A stretch of DNA of 64,000 nt from a virus. Both the position numbers and the translations under genes were made by a program. The notes below the pieces were generated by a model. The model did not search any database and was not told where the DNA came from. It worked only from the letters and a program-made list of their open reading frames with translations. This document shows, in pieces, positions 9,042 to 17,146 of this stretch. The DNA lies in the IMG/VR virus record IMGVR_UViG_3300024294_000597. One strand, written 5' to 3'. Position 1 is the first letter of the stretch; each line of letters starts with the position of its first letter.

Positions 9042-9464
9042 CTATTTAGTCCTATTTCCTCTTAAAGCAAAAAATAAACCACCTACCCATAGAAATACGT
9101 GGAAGTTATCATATAAAATTACGTCTAATATACTTTCTGGTTCACCAACCCAGATAACACCTGTCATTATACAACAGATTGTGATACCACAAAATCGTGT
9201 AAGTAAATCACCGATATATGGCCATAACTTTTCTGTATTTAACAGTCCTCCTACGATTAGGCCTAAGCCTGCACCTAGTTCTCCGTAACTGACAACCCAC
9301 CAAACCAAGTATGGGAGACCAAAACTTTCAGCATCTTCTATTGATACTGGTAGCTTACTTAGACCTTGTTGAATAAACACAATGGCTAAAGGAATTCTGA
9401 ATAGCCAATGAGACAAACAGAACTCCGGTAGTTTTTCGCTTATACGTTTAAGATAGTTCATCAA
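9042..9464 (-). CDS. DoxX family membrane protein
   Basis: LFRIPLAIVFIQQGLSKL and ELGAGLGLIVG...LTR motifs. Confidence 0.75.
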   Translation of the reverse strand: MMNYLKRISEKLPEFCLSHWLFRIPLAIVFIQQGLSKLPVSIEDAESFGLPYLVWWVVSYGELGAGLGLIVGGLLNTEKLWPYIGDLLTRFCGITICCIMTGVIWVGEPESILDVILYDNFHVFLWVGGLFFALRGNRTK

Positions 9465-9885
9465 GCAATGCTTTCAGTTTCTTTTTACTTTTACCTCTGA
9501 CCTTTGCTTTGCTGATATCATTTAGTGGGACTTCCCCACCTTCTGCTACTGTTACAATAGCAATCATACCCATTGTTGCATGTGGAGTACACTGATATAG
9601 ATATACGCCTGGTACGTCAAAAGTAATACTTACTTCTTTATTATTTTTACTTTTCTTTGGAAGATCCCAACCGTCTGGTCCTGCAATAAAATGTACATTG
9701 TGACCTTTTGATGTCGGTACCCAAGTAATTGTATCGCCTACTTCAATGTTTGCGATATCTTCACTGTAGACCATCTTTGCTCCATCATCACGTTTGTTAA
9801 GCATTTCGATAGTCATATCATCTGCGTATGCAAACGTTCCAATTAAGAGGCTACTAGCGAGTGTAACGATATACGTTAATTTCAT
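9448..9885 (-). CDS. Pseudoazurin / type-1 blue copper protein
   Basis: Signal peptide; IEMLNK; GHN and YQCTPHATMGM give the His/Cys/His/Met ligands. Confidence 0.9.
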   Translation of the reverse strand: MKLTYIVTLASSLLIGTFAYADDMTIEMLNKRDDGAKMVYSEDIANIEVGDTITWVPTSKGHNVHFIAGPDGWDLPKKSKNNKEVSITFDVPGVYLYQCTPHATMGMIAIVTVAEGGEVPLNDISKAKVRGKSKKKLKALLDELS

Positions 9886-9920
9886 TTTGTATTTCCTTAT
9901 GTTGAGTTAGGTTTTAAAGA

Positions 9921-10005
9921 TGGTGCCCATGGAGGGACTTGAACCCCCACTCCGTAAAGAACAGGTACCTAAAACCTGCGTGTCTACCAATTTCACCACA
10001 TGGGC
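9921..10005 (-). tRNA. tRNA-Leu(TAG)
   Basis: GCCCATGTGGTGAAATTGGTAGACACGCAGGTTTTAGGTACCTG...CACCA. Confidence 0.95.
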
Positions 10006-10014
10006 TAAATTTTG

Positions 10015-10230
10015 TTATTCAGATTTTGAAAAATATTTCTCAATCATTTCTAGTCGGTCATTAGCGGCCGCAAGTTTATTAAGTTCTTCAATGACTGCCT
10101 CGGTAACATCTGAATGCTCTCCGATACCAGCAGGCATTGTTTGATAAACTTGAATGTTTGCTAGATGAACCGCTACTTCACCTTCTGCTTGTTTTTGTGC
10201 GGCTAGGATAATTGCTTCGCCTGGTTTCAT
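10015..10230 (-). CDS. Conserved phage hypothetical protein
   Basis: PAGIGEH motif protein recalled from marine T4-like phages; AAGG RBS. Confidence 0.65.
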   Translation of the reverse strand: MKPGEAIILAAQKQAEGEVAVHLANIQVYQTMPAGIGEHSDVTEAVIEELNKLAAANDRLEMIEKYFSKSE

Positions 10231-10251
10231 GGTTTTACCTTTCTTATTTTG

Positions 10252-10327
10252 TGGTGCCGATTGTCGGATTCGAACTGACGACCTACTGATTACAAATCAG
10301 TTGCTCTACCAACTGAGCTAAATCGGC
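10252..10327 (-). tRNA. tRNA-Thr(TGT)
   Basis: GCCGATTTAGCTCAGTTGGTAGAGCAACTGATTTGTAATCAG...CACCA. Confidence 0.95.
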
Positions 10328-10355
10328 ATATTATAACTACGTATTTATTTATCTT

Positions 10356-10444
10356 TAAGGGATTAACCGTGATCCCTTGCGTGTTTATTTCGTAACAACC
10401 CGTTCTTAACTTATACACTTTTGGTGTAGGTTTTTAAGAAACGC
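10356..10444 (-). ncRNA. Candidate structured small RNA
   Basis: Follows TAAATA; helices TTCTTAA/TTAAGAA, TACAC/GTGTA, AAGGGAT/ATCCCTT; no ORF. Confidence 0.45.
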
Positions 10445-10450
10445 TTTTAT

Positions 10451-10636
10451 TTATTCTTGTATTTCTATTTTTCTATGCGATAATTCAGAATACACTTCCA
10501 TCCAACGCATCAAATCATCATGTGTTGGTGAACCTTTTTTTCGTATCATGTAAAATTCTTTTAGTAACTCTTTCACTGAACGTGACTTCAAGTCTTGTTG
10601 ATACATACCTCGGGACCTTTCGAAATGTTTTCTCAT
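10451..10636 (-). CDS. Hypothetical protein (near-leaderless)
   Basis: 61 aa immediately after a GANTC-type promoter. Confidence 0.55.
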   Translation of the reverse strand: MRKHFERSRGMYQQDLKSRSVKELLKEFYMIRKKGSPTHDDLMRWMEVYSELSHRKIEIQE

Positions 10637-10645
10637 TGATTATTA

Positions 10646-10674
10646 AATATAACACAGATTCGTTGCATAGTCAA
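10646..10674 (-). promoter_or_regulatory. Sigma70 promoter with spacer CGAATC (GANTC at 10657)
   Basis: TTGACT ATGCAA CGAATC TGTGT TATATT. Confidence 0.7.
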
Positions 10675-10676
10675 TA

Positions 10677-11369
10677 CTAAAAATCAGTATTTTCATCTAC
10701 TGCATAGTTTGTCGCATCTGGGTCTATTGGCATTTCTGGAAGGTCTTCGTACGGAAATGCTTGAATTGAAACTGGAGAAACTGGCTGAGACATTACTTCC
10801 TCTTCTCTTCCATTTTCTCTCTGAGAAACACTATCATTTCCACTAGCATCTTCGGGTAATCCCATTCTAGGATTTACCTCTTTAAGTCCGCCACCATTTA
10901 TCCTAAAGTCATATGTAGAATATTCACCGCCATTGGTTTCTCCTCTACCTTTTAATTCACCTTCTTTATCTGAATCTGACTCCATCTTAGGACCCATTTG
11001 TTGCTTGATACCTTGTTCTGTTTTGTCTTTAGCATCTTGCATTGCTTTTTTATTATTCTTTGTATTTGGTATACTTACTGCACGTGGTTTATTTTTATTA
11101 GGTTCGATAACCCATACAAATATACTTTGTCCATCTGGAGATTCGATGTGTGATAGATATATTGAATCTTCTGGAATATTAACATTAATAGGATAACCAA
11201 GTATCTTGTCAACAGACATGTAGCTTATAGCTACAGATATCATCACTAATGGTATAATAAAACCTAACAGTAATGCATTTCTATGGTTCTTGATTGCAAA
11301 CCATAGCACAACACATGCTAGAAAAAATAGCGAAATAAATAGTGGTGCTAATTCTGCCGAATATAACAT
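10677..11369 (-). CDS. Membrane protein (2 N-terminal TM, acidic disordered tail)
   Basis: Hydrophobic N-terminus; third gene of the MotA/ExbB-like triad. Confidence 0.65.
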   Translation of the reverse strand: MLYSAELAPLFISLFFLACVVLWFAIKNHRNALLLGFIIPLVMISVAISYMSVDKILGYPINVNIPEDSIYLSHIESPDGQSIFVWVIEPNKNKPRAVSIPNTKNNKKAMQDAKDKTEQGIKQQMGPKMESDSDKEGELKGRGETNGGEYSTYDFRINGGGLKEVNPRMGLPEDASGNDSVSQRENGREEEVMSQPVSPVSIQAFPYEDLPEMPIDPDATNYAVDENTDF

Positions 11370-11392
11370 ATTGTTTCTCCATATGTAGAGGA

Positions 11393-12031
11393 CTAAAGCC
11401 CGCCTGCACTTGCCCTTCTCGTTATAATATTATTATCTAACGTATTGTATTTAACAAAATTACCATCTTTATCTATCCAAAAGTTGACTAATGGCAGTTG
11501 TTGTCCTCTTATGGAGTATTGTTTTTCACCTATTACTACTTCTACATAAGGATTAATCTTAATTACTTTAAACTTGACCACAATTTCAGATGCTTTTAAT
11601 TTCTTTCTGGCAGATGCATTTGGTGATGCTGAATATATATGTGCGGCAACTTGATATTGTCCCTTAGAAGTTCCACGCAAAGTGACAACTTCTCTATTGA
11701 TGTAGATTATATTGCGTTGTCCATATTCATCAATCGTCATATCATTGGCAGTTCCTAAATCATCTTTTTCAAGGTTCATTGCGCCTGCCATTTTCTTTAT
11801 GAAGGATACCGTATTGCCAGCTGGATCTTTAACCCATAAGTCAACATCATCAGGTAATGTATGAGGCCATTCTATAACAATCATGTACTCTGCTTTTTTA
11901 GGTACATCTTGTTTCTTTGTGATTGGGTTAATAAGGATAAAAGCAATAATGAACAGGAATACAAAACCTACTAGTAGATTAAATAGTAAGTCTGTAAATC
12001 CTACTGTACTTTTGTACTTATAACGGCTCAT
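11393..12031 (-). CDS. MotB/ExbD-like TM anchor fused to a YfaP/DUF2135-like domain
   Basis: GFTDLLFNLL: Asp in a single TM; DDVDLWVKDPAG...LEKDDLG...NRE...GQYQVAAHIY. Confidence 0.6.
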   Translation of the reverse strand: MSRYKYKSTVGFTDLLFNLLVGFVFLFIIAFILINPITKKQDVPKKAEYMIVIEWPHTLPDDVDLWVKDPAGNTVSFIKKMAGAMNLEKDDLGTANDMTIDEYGQRNIIYINREVVTLRGTSKGQYQVAAHIYSASPNASARKKLKASEIVVKFKVIKINPYVEVVIGEKQYSIRGQQLPLVNFWIDKDGNFVKYNTLDNNIITRRASAGGL

Positions 12032-12486
12032 TCGTAGTCACGACTCTCAAGATTAACTAATTGTATCTTAGTAAACTGACTGAATATTAGTCCGGTGAGA
12101 GTTGTGTACAATGCAGTACTCATTCCTAATGCCATTGCAGTGAGTGTCGATTTGAGACTGGCTGTATCTTCTACATCTAATCCTTCGAAACTAGAACCTA
12201 GCATAAGAATAAATCCTGCTACAGTTCCAATCATACCCAATGCTAACATACTTTCTGAGATAAACCATCCAATGCCTAATCCGGCTTCAATGGACTCACC
12301 TTTATTATGTTGAATAGTTAGCTTACCTATATATAGGCTTGCAAAAAAATATAATCCTATAATACCGAAACTAATTTTTGTAATATCTTTTTCGTATAAC
12401 TCATGGAATATTCCAAAGTAATGAGCGATACCCATTACAGTCAGTGATATACAAAAGAATAACCACCACCTAAGTGTCTTTGACAT
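12028..12486 (-). CDS. MotA/TolQ/ExbB proton channel family protein
   Basis: LGMIGTVAGF and GMSTALYTTLTGL signature helices. Confidence 0.8.
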   Translation of the reverse strand: MSKTLRWWLFFCISLTVMGIAHYFGIFHELYEKDITKISFGIIGLYFFASLYIGKLTIQHNKGESIEAGLGIGWFISESMLALGMIGTVAGFILMLGSSFEGLDVEDTASLKSTLTAMALGMSTALYTTLTGLIFSQFTKIQLVNLESRDYE

Positions 12487-12498
12487 GTCTTATTTTTC

Positions 12499-12738
12499 CT
12501 ATAATTTATCAACATGCTCCTGAACGCATTGAATGGCATCACCAATCGTGTGGATTAGGTTTGCGTATTCATCTTCAATCGCAATACCATAGAATTCTTC
12601 CACTTCAAATACAATTTCAACTGTATCGATACTATCAGCACCTAAGTCTTTTTTGAGATTTGTTTCATCATTCAAGTCAGTAACTTGTTTTTTCAATTTA
12701 CGTGCAACTATTTCATACACTTTGTCTTTTACTACCAT
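12499..12738 (-). CDS. acpP: Acyl carrier protein
   Basis: DLGADSIDTVEIV with the phosphopantetheine Ser; acidic, 79 aa. Confidence 0.92.
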   Translation of the reverse strand: MVVKDKVYEIVARKLKKQVTDLNDETNLKKDLGADSIDTVEIVFEVEEFYGIAIEDEYANLIHTIGDAIQCVQEHVDKL

Positions 12739-12760
12739 TATTCCCTGTAAGTCCTCTTAG

Positions 12761-13084
12761 TTATACTGAAAAGCTACTACCACACCCACATGTAGTACTC
12801 GCTCCTGGGTTATCGATTACAAATCTATCACCTTGTAGACTTGAAATGTAATCTACTTTTGCATCTGCTAGATACATAATGCTCATACTATCTACTACTA
12901 ACTTTACGCCATTAGTCTCGTAAATACTATCATCATCTTTAAGTTCTTTTTCAAAACCAAAACCATAACTGAAACCATGACACCCACCGCCTTCAACAAA
13001 CACTCTTAGTGCAGTATCAACCGATTCTCCCTGTTCAGTAATAATTTCTTCAACACGTTCTGCCGCTTTTTCTGTAAAAATCAT
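12761..13084 (-). CDS. A-type Fe-S carrier (ErpA/IscA family)
   Basis: GGGCHGFSYGF and TTCGCGSSFSV; start moved to the ATGA overlap. Confidence 0.92.
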   Translation of the reverse strand: MIFTEKAAERVEEIITEQGESVDTALRVFVEGGGCHGFSYGFGFEKELKDDDSIYETNGVKLVVDSMSIMYLADAKVDYISSLQGDRFVIDNPGASTTCGCGSSFSV

Positions 13085-13809
13085 ACTCGCCATACCTTTA
13101 TATCTCTGGACTGTTTGCTATACATAGAGTATTTCAAATCATCGTCCGTTGATTTAATTGAATAATCAACAGGGCCACCTGTCAAATATTCTTTATTATT
13201 CTTACTTTGGTACCACTTAAGACTTTCATCTGGATAGCCAATACCTAAACTGTAAGTTAAGTTATTATCTTCTGGTTTGATGCCTAACACTTCTCCCCAT
13301 ACTTCTTGACTATGCTTAGGTTCTTCTATGTAACCAAAGTTTTTTCCATAACCTGTAACATATCCCATTTGGTTTGCACTAAATGCCACTATGCCACTGG
13401 CTATACCAATCGATGTAAATGCATTATCCCATCTGCTTGATGCATTTGGGTCTCTTACACTTCCATCTTTTTCGTTATTACGAATTTCTTCTTCATTCAT
13501 TTTTCTATTAAAAACAAATAAACAATTTGCACCCATTTGAGGATTTCTTCCTACCCAATCTTTTACGCCTGGAATCATAGTGAAGCCCCATGAATGATCC
13601 TTGCATAGATAGTCTATCTTTTCTCTATCAGTAACAACATACAAATCAAAGAAACTTTCATCTTGCTTCGAAGGTGCCGTAGTTGCTAGATAGACCCAAT
13701 GGTCTATGTGGTCTTCATTAACTTTTTTAGAAAGGTCCCAGTTTCGTTGACACCTACGTGCTTGATTAATTGCATTTCTTTCTGCAATCATTTTTTCTTC
13801 GTTGGTCAT
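13081..13809 (-). CDS. Nitroreductase-fold flavoprotein
   Basis: RRCQRNWD, APSKQ, IGIASG, LGIGYP; ATGA-coupled start. Confidence 0.75.
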   Translation of the reverse strand: MTNEEKMIAERNAINQARRCQRNWDLSKKVNEDHIDHWVYLATTAPSKQDESFFDLYVVTDREKIDYLCKDHSWGFTMIPGVKDWVGRNPQMGANCLFVFNRKMNEEEIRNNEKDGSVRDPNASSRWDNAFTSIGIASGIVAFSANQMGYVTGYGKNFGYIEEPKHSQEVWGEVLGIKPEDNNLTYSLGIGYPDESLKWYQSKNNKEYLTGGPVDYSIKSTDDDLKYSMYSKQSRDIKVWRV

Positions 13810-14135
13810 ACTGTAAAACTCTCCCCACAACCACATCGTGCTTTTTCATTTGGATTGCTTACAAGTTCAAAATGCGAACTCATACTTTTCTCATCAGTAA
13901 CATAATCCAATGTTGCTTCATCGATAGTGTGAAAATATTTATGCTCTACTAGTATATCAAAATCGCTATACTTTATAGCAAAGTCATCAGTTATATTAAA
14001 ATTGTCATCTAATTGCACTTCATACATAAAGCCAGTACATCCTGCAGTTTTGATATGCAATCTTACATGTTTCTCTGGGTTTTGTGACAGCCAAGTTCTA
14101 ATTCGTTGAGTGGCGTTATCTGTTAAATACAACAT
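13806..14135 (-). CDS. A-type Fe-S carrier (IscA/SufA family)
   Basis: TAGCTGFMY and RCGCGESFTV. Confidence 0.88.
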   Translation of the reverse strand: MLYLTDNATQRIRTWLSQNPEKHVRLHIKTAGCTGFMYEVQLDDNFNITDDFAIKYSDFDILVEHKYFHTIDEATLDYVTDEKSMSSHFELVSNPNEKARCGCGESFTV

Positions 14136-14655
14136 ATGTTATCCCCTCCTCAATGTTTTCTTTTTTAGACTTTGCGTCTTGATGAATTTGTGATATTTCA
14201 TAAAATCTATTTAGTAATCCACTTGCTGTCCTGTAGTTTTGATAAACATCGATACTTTGTTCTATTTGGTCTTTGATAAATTGTGTCTGTTCTTTTAGTT
14301 CATCAATGAAGCTATTTATTTCGTCAATAGTAACCTGTTCTTCTAACTGCAACTTCAACTGATTAATAAACATCATATCATCAGGTCTTGCACCGTCTCT
14401 GAAATCATTTTCATGGCCCATTAGTTCAAGAATATACCTCGCACGTTGTATTGGATCTGCAAGAGTTTCAAAGGCTCTATTTGCAAATGATAATCTATCT
14501 TGACCTATGAATGATGCATCTTTTCTGAGTATCGTAATTATTTTTTTATAGTGTGTAGTAAGACTACGCACACTTATACCCTGCTTCTCATCGATGCCAA
14601 AGAACTTAAAGTAGTTCTTTTCTTCAAGACCATATATTCGTTTTATTCCAGACAT
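14116..14655 (-). CDS. HscB-like Fe-S co-chaperone lacking the HPD motif
   Basis: NYFKFFG...ANRAFETLADPIQRARYILELMG matches HscB; the HPD position reads RKD. Confidence 0.75.
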   Translation of the reverse strand: MSGIKRIYGLEEKNYFKFFGIDEKQGISVRSLTTHYKKIITILRKDASFIGQDRLSFANRAFETLADPIQRARYILELMGHENDFRDGARPDDMMFINQLKLQLEEQVTIDEINSFIDELKEQTQFIKDQIEQSIDVYQNYRTASGLLNRFYEISQIHQDAKSKKENIEEGITYVVFNR

Positions 14656-14698
14656 TTTTTATACCTATATTCTATAATATATCATTTGAGACACAAAG

Positions 14699-15166
14699 TC
14701 AAGTCGAAAAATCAATATTTTTTAACTTTTCAGTAAGTTCATGGTATGGTCGTAATCTTGGATCTGTCTTGTCGTTTTGATTAAATTGTAGACCATATCT
14801 CCAGCCTTCCTCTACTCGGCTAGAAACCCATCTATTGTGTCGCATTGATGATAAATCTATTTCGGTCTCACCCTCTGGGATGTCAAATTTTTCACTGGTA
14901 GTAATTTCCATAGTAAAATCTTTATCAGTCCATTTTTGCAGTAGTTGTAATACAACTTCCGCCTCCGCTTCTGTGACGGCTCTATTCATACGAAAATCAT
15001 ATACGTGAAAATCATCAAGCATATGATACACTACTGCGGTACCGTCTTCTCTTGGTTCAAAGATATTGGCAATAGCTTTATCCAGAACAGTAATCACGCC
15101 TTTAATATCGTGTTTATTCCATTCTTCTTTCATTGATAATCTAATGTGATGTTTGAACTGTGCCAT
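14699..15166 (-). CDS. RyR-domain protein
   Basis: HNRWVSSRVEEGWRYG...KTDPRLRPYHEL. Confidence 0.75.
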   Translation of the reverse strand: MAQFKHHIRLSMKEEWNKHDIKGVITVLDKAIANIFEPREDGTAVVYHMLDDFHVYDFRMNRAVTEAEAEVVLQLLQKWTDKDFTMEITTSEKFDIPEGETEIDLSSMRHNRWVSSRVEEGWRYGLQFNQNDKTDPRLRPYHELTEKLKNIDFST

Positions 15167-15181
15167 ATCTAAATTCCAATA

Positions 15182-15508
15182 TTAATATTCTTTCGGGCCT
15201 TTTGCCTCTTGTTTTTCTATAGCTGTATCTCTTGTATCTGATGCTTTCACCATTGTTGTTCCACTACGTACTTCAACTTGCTCAAACTTACTTGAACTTG
15301 AATTAACATATAAACCGAACCATGCCGCTCCAGCGCCTACAATTACTGATACCAATCCCGCTTGTTGTGTATTCGGGTCTGGTAGAGCCATAAACCATTG
15401 CGTCACATCATATAACAAATAAATGTACATACTAATAAACGCTCTTGGAAAAAGTCTCCATCTGCTAAAATATTCTGGTGCATTCCACCATATACTATTT
15501 CTATTCAT
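15182..15508 (-). CDS. Two-TM membrane protein, holin candidate
   Basis: Two TM helices and a charged C-terminal tail; GATAAATA upstream. Confidence 0.5.
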   Translation of the reverse strand: MNRNSIWWNAPEYFSRWRLFPRAFISMYIYLLYDVTQWFMALPDPNTQQAGLVSVIVGAGAAWFGLYVNSSSSKFEQVEVRSGTTMVKASDTRDTAIEKQEAKGPKEY

Positions 15509-15612
15509 TTCTTTATCCTCGCCTTTGATTATCTCTTATCATATGTATTTATCATTTGGAAATGGTGAGGTTGCGTGAATAGAGGGATTAATCTCATTAA
15601 ATTATGCAGTGA

Positions 15613-16200
15613 TTATGGTCTGACAAACCAATCTATTCGGGTGATATCAAGACCGGCAGTCGGCCTAGGTTCAGTATTAAGATATTTACAAAAATTAAGA
15701 TAAGACTCATCTAAGTTATTAGGGTCACGCATTTTACCCCAATTCCAAAAATCATTGATATGCAACTTATAATGATTATAACCTTTGATTTCTAATAACC
15801 ATTGTTTATATTCTTTTCGATTGGGAGCATCTATTACTCTATGTGGATTATTTTGATTTGAACGATGATGCAGATGTTCTAAGTCTGGTATAATAACTAT
15901 TGGCTTGGTAGTTGATGCATCTGCATCAAGCACCTGATGAGGAACTTGCGATTTAACGGCTATATCATAATTATTAAGTATAGCATCTTGTGTGGATTTA
16001 GAGATAGGTCTAGGGCTTTTTTTATTTAATACTAAATTTAAATCTTTATCTACATGCAAAGGCCCATCTAATTGCCGTGCGATACCAGTATCATTAATAG
16101 AAAAGGCTGTTGGTACTTGATAAAAGTTTCTATGTAGATTTATAAAATGACAAACTACACTCCCATAAGACCCAGGCCAAAAGACAACTGGATAAATCAT
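15613..16200 (-). CDS. Sulfotransferase-like P-loop protein (divergent)
   Basis: VVFWPGSYGSVV N-terminal loop; TAATG coupling to the upstream structural gene. Confidence 0.45.
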   Translation of the reverse strand: MIYPVVFWPGSYGSVVCHFINLHRNFYQVPTAFSINDTGIARQLDGPLHVDKDLNLVLNKKSPRPISKSTQDAILNNYDIAVKSQVPHQVLDADASTTKPIVIIPDLEHLHHRSNQNNPHRVIDAPNRKEYKQWLLEIKGYNHYKLHINDFWNWGKMRDPNNLDESYLNFCKYLNTEPRPTAGLDITRIDWFVRP

Positions 16201-16991
16201 TACGGAGTATCCGCTACTGAGCCCCAATCATCTGGCACATCGATGTTAATCCAACTACTGCCGTTATATCCTTCAAATCTACTAGTAGTTGAATTGAATC
16301 TAACCATACCTGATGTTGCTGAACCTGGTCTTTGTGCAGTTGTTCCTACTGGAAATTGTAAAGCGCCTGTAGCCGACGAACCAACTGTGCCTGATGTATA
16401 AACATCATTCCAAGTTTTAGTACTTGAACCTAAATCATAAGTTGCATCTGCATCTGGAACAATGTTTGAAACAATTTCTGCCGATAGTGCCACTGTATCT
16501 GTGTCTGCATTACCGAATGTAAGATTACCAGTTATAGTTGCATTACCTGAAACTGTTAGATTGTCTGTTATAGAAACATTACCAGAAAAATTAGCAGTAT
16601 TTGTATTAGTATTTAAAGACCATACATCACCAGTATACCCATCATATTGTAATGGTGTTTCTGCGATAGAACCCCAATCACTAGCAAGTCCGCCTACTAC
16701 TTCGTGCGGTTTCCAACTTGAAGATGAAGAATCATATCTAAGTACATATCCATCTGCTAATCCGGTTAAGTCAACATCTTCTAATTCACCTATGTAGTCA
16801 TGTGAGACTAACCATGATGATGAACTTCTATACTTAACTGTTTGTGTGTTTGTGTCAAACCAAATATCATTGTCTGCTACTGCATAGCCTGATGTATTTG
16901 GGTCACTGGTTCCTTGATAAAGGGTTACTCCAGTTTTTCCTATTTTAAAGTAAGGTACGCTGGTACCTTTTGCGTTTAATGTTACTGCCAT
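16200..16991 (-). CDS. Virion structural/fibre protein
   Basis: GYVLRYDS, PDADATYDLGSS and PVGTTAQRP...GMVRFNS...FEGYNGS fibre motifs. Confidence 0.75.
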   Translation of the reverse strand: MAVTLNAKGTSVPYFKIGKTGVTLYQGTSDPNTSGYAVADNDIWFDTNTQTVKYRSSSSWLVSHDYIGELEDVDLTGLADGYVLRYDSSSSSWKPHEVVGGLASDWGSIAETPLQYDGYTGDVWSLNTNTNTANFSGNVSITDNLTVSGNATITGNLTFGNADTDTVALSAEIVSNIVPDADATYDLGSSTKTWNDVYTSGTVGSSATGALQFPVGTTAQRPGSATSGMVRFNSTTSRFEGYNGSSWINIDVPDDWGSVADTP

Positions 16992-17087
16992 ATCTTCCTC
17001 AACGTTCTGTTTTTTTAAAGTCAGTGATTTCTCACTGTCGTTAAGTTATAGTATTACTTATCTATTTATCATAATTGTCAGAAAGGC

Positions 17088-17119
17088 AAAAAAAAGAGGG
17101 GACCCTTTCGGACCCCCTC
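17088..17119 (-). terminator. Intrinsic terminator after the 1594-aa gene
   Basis: GAGGGGGTCC-GAAA-GGGTCCCCTC followed by T8. Confidence 0.9.
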
Positions 17120-17146
17120 CCTTATATAGTATATAACAAGTCTAAC

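Noticed and set aside
9920-10144. Plus-strand 74-aa ORF (and similarly 47458..47649)
   Set aside because: Antisense shadows of tRNA genes and real minus-strand CDSs
10356-10400. SAM-II riboswitch resemblance (GATTAACCGT...GCGTG) on the plus strand
   Set aside because: SAM-II P1 and pseudoknot pairings are absent and no plus-strand gene lies downstream
10677-12486. Calling the triad Zorya or flagellar MotAB
   Set aside because: No long ZorA tail, no OmpA-like peptidoglycan-binding domain, no zorC/D/E or flagellar genes
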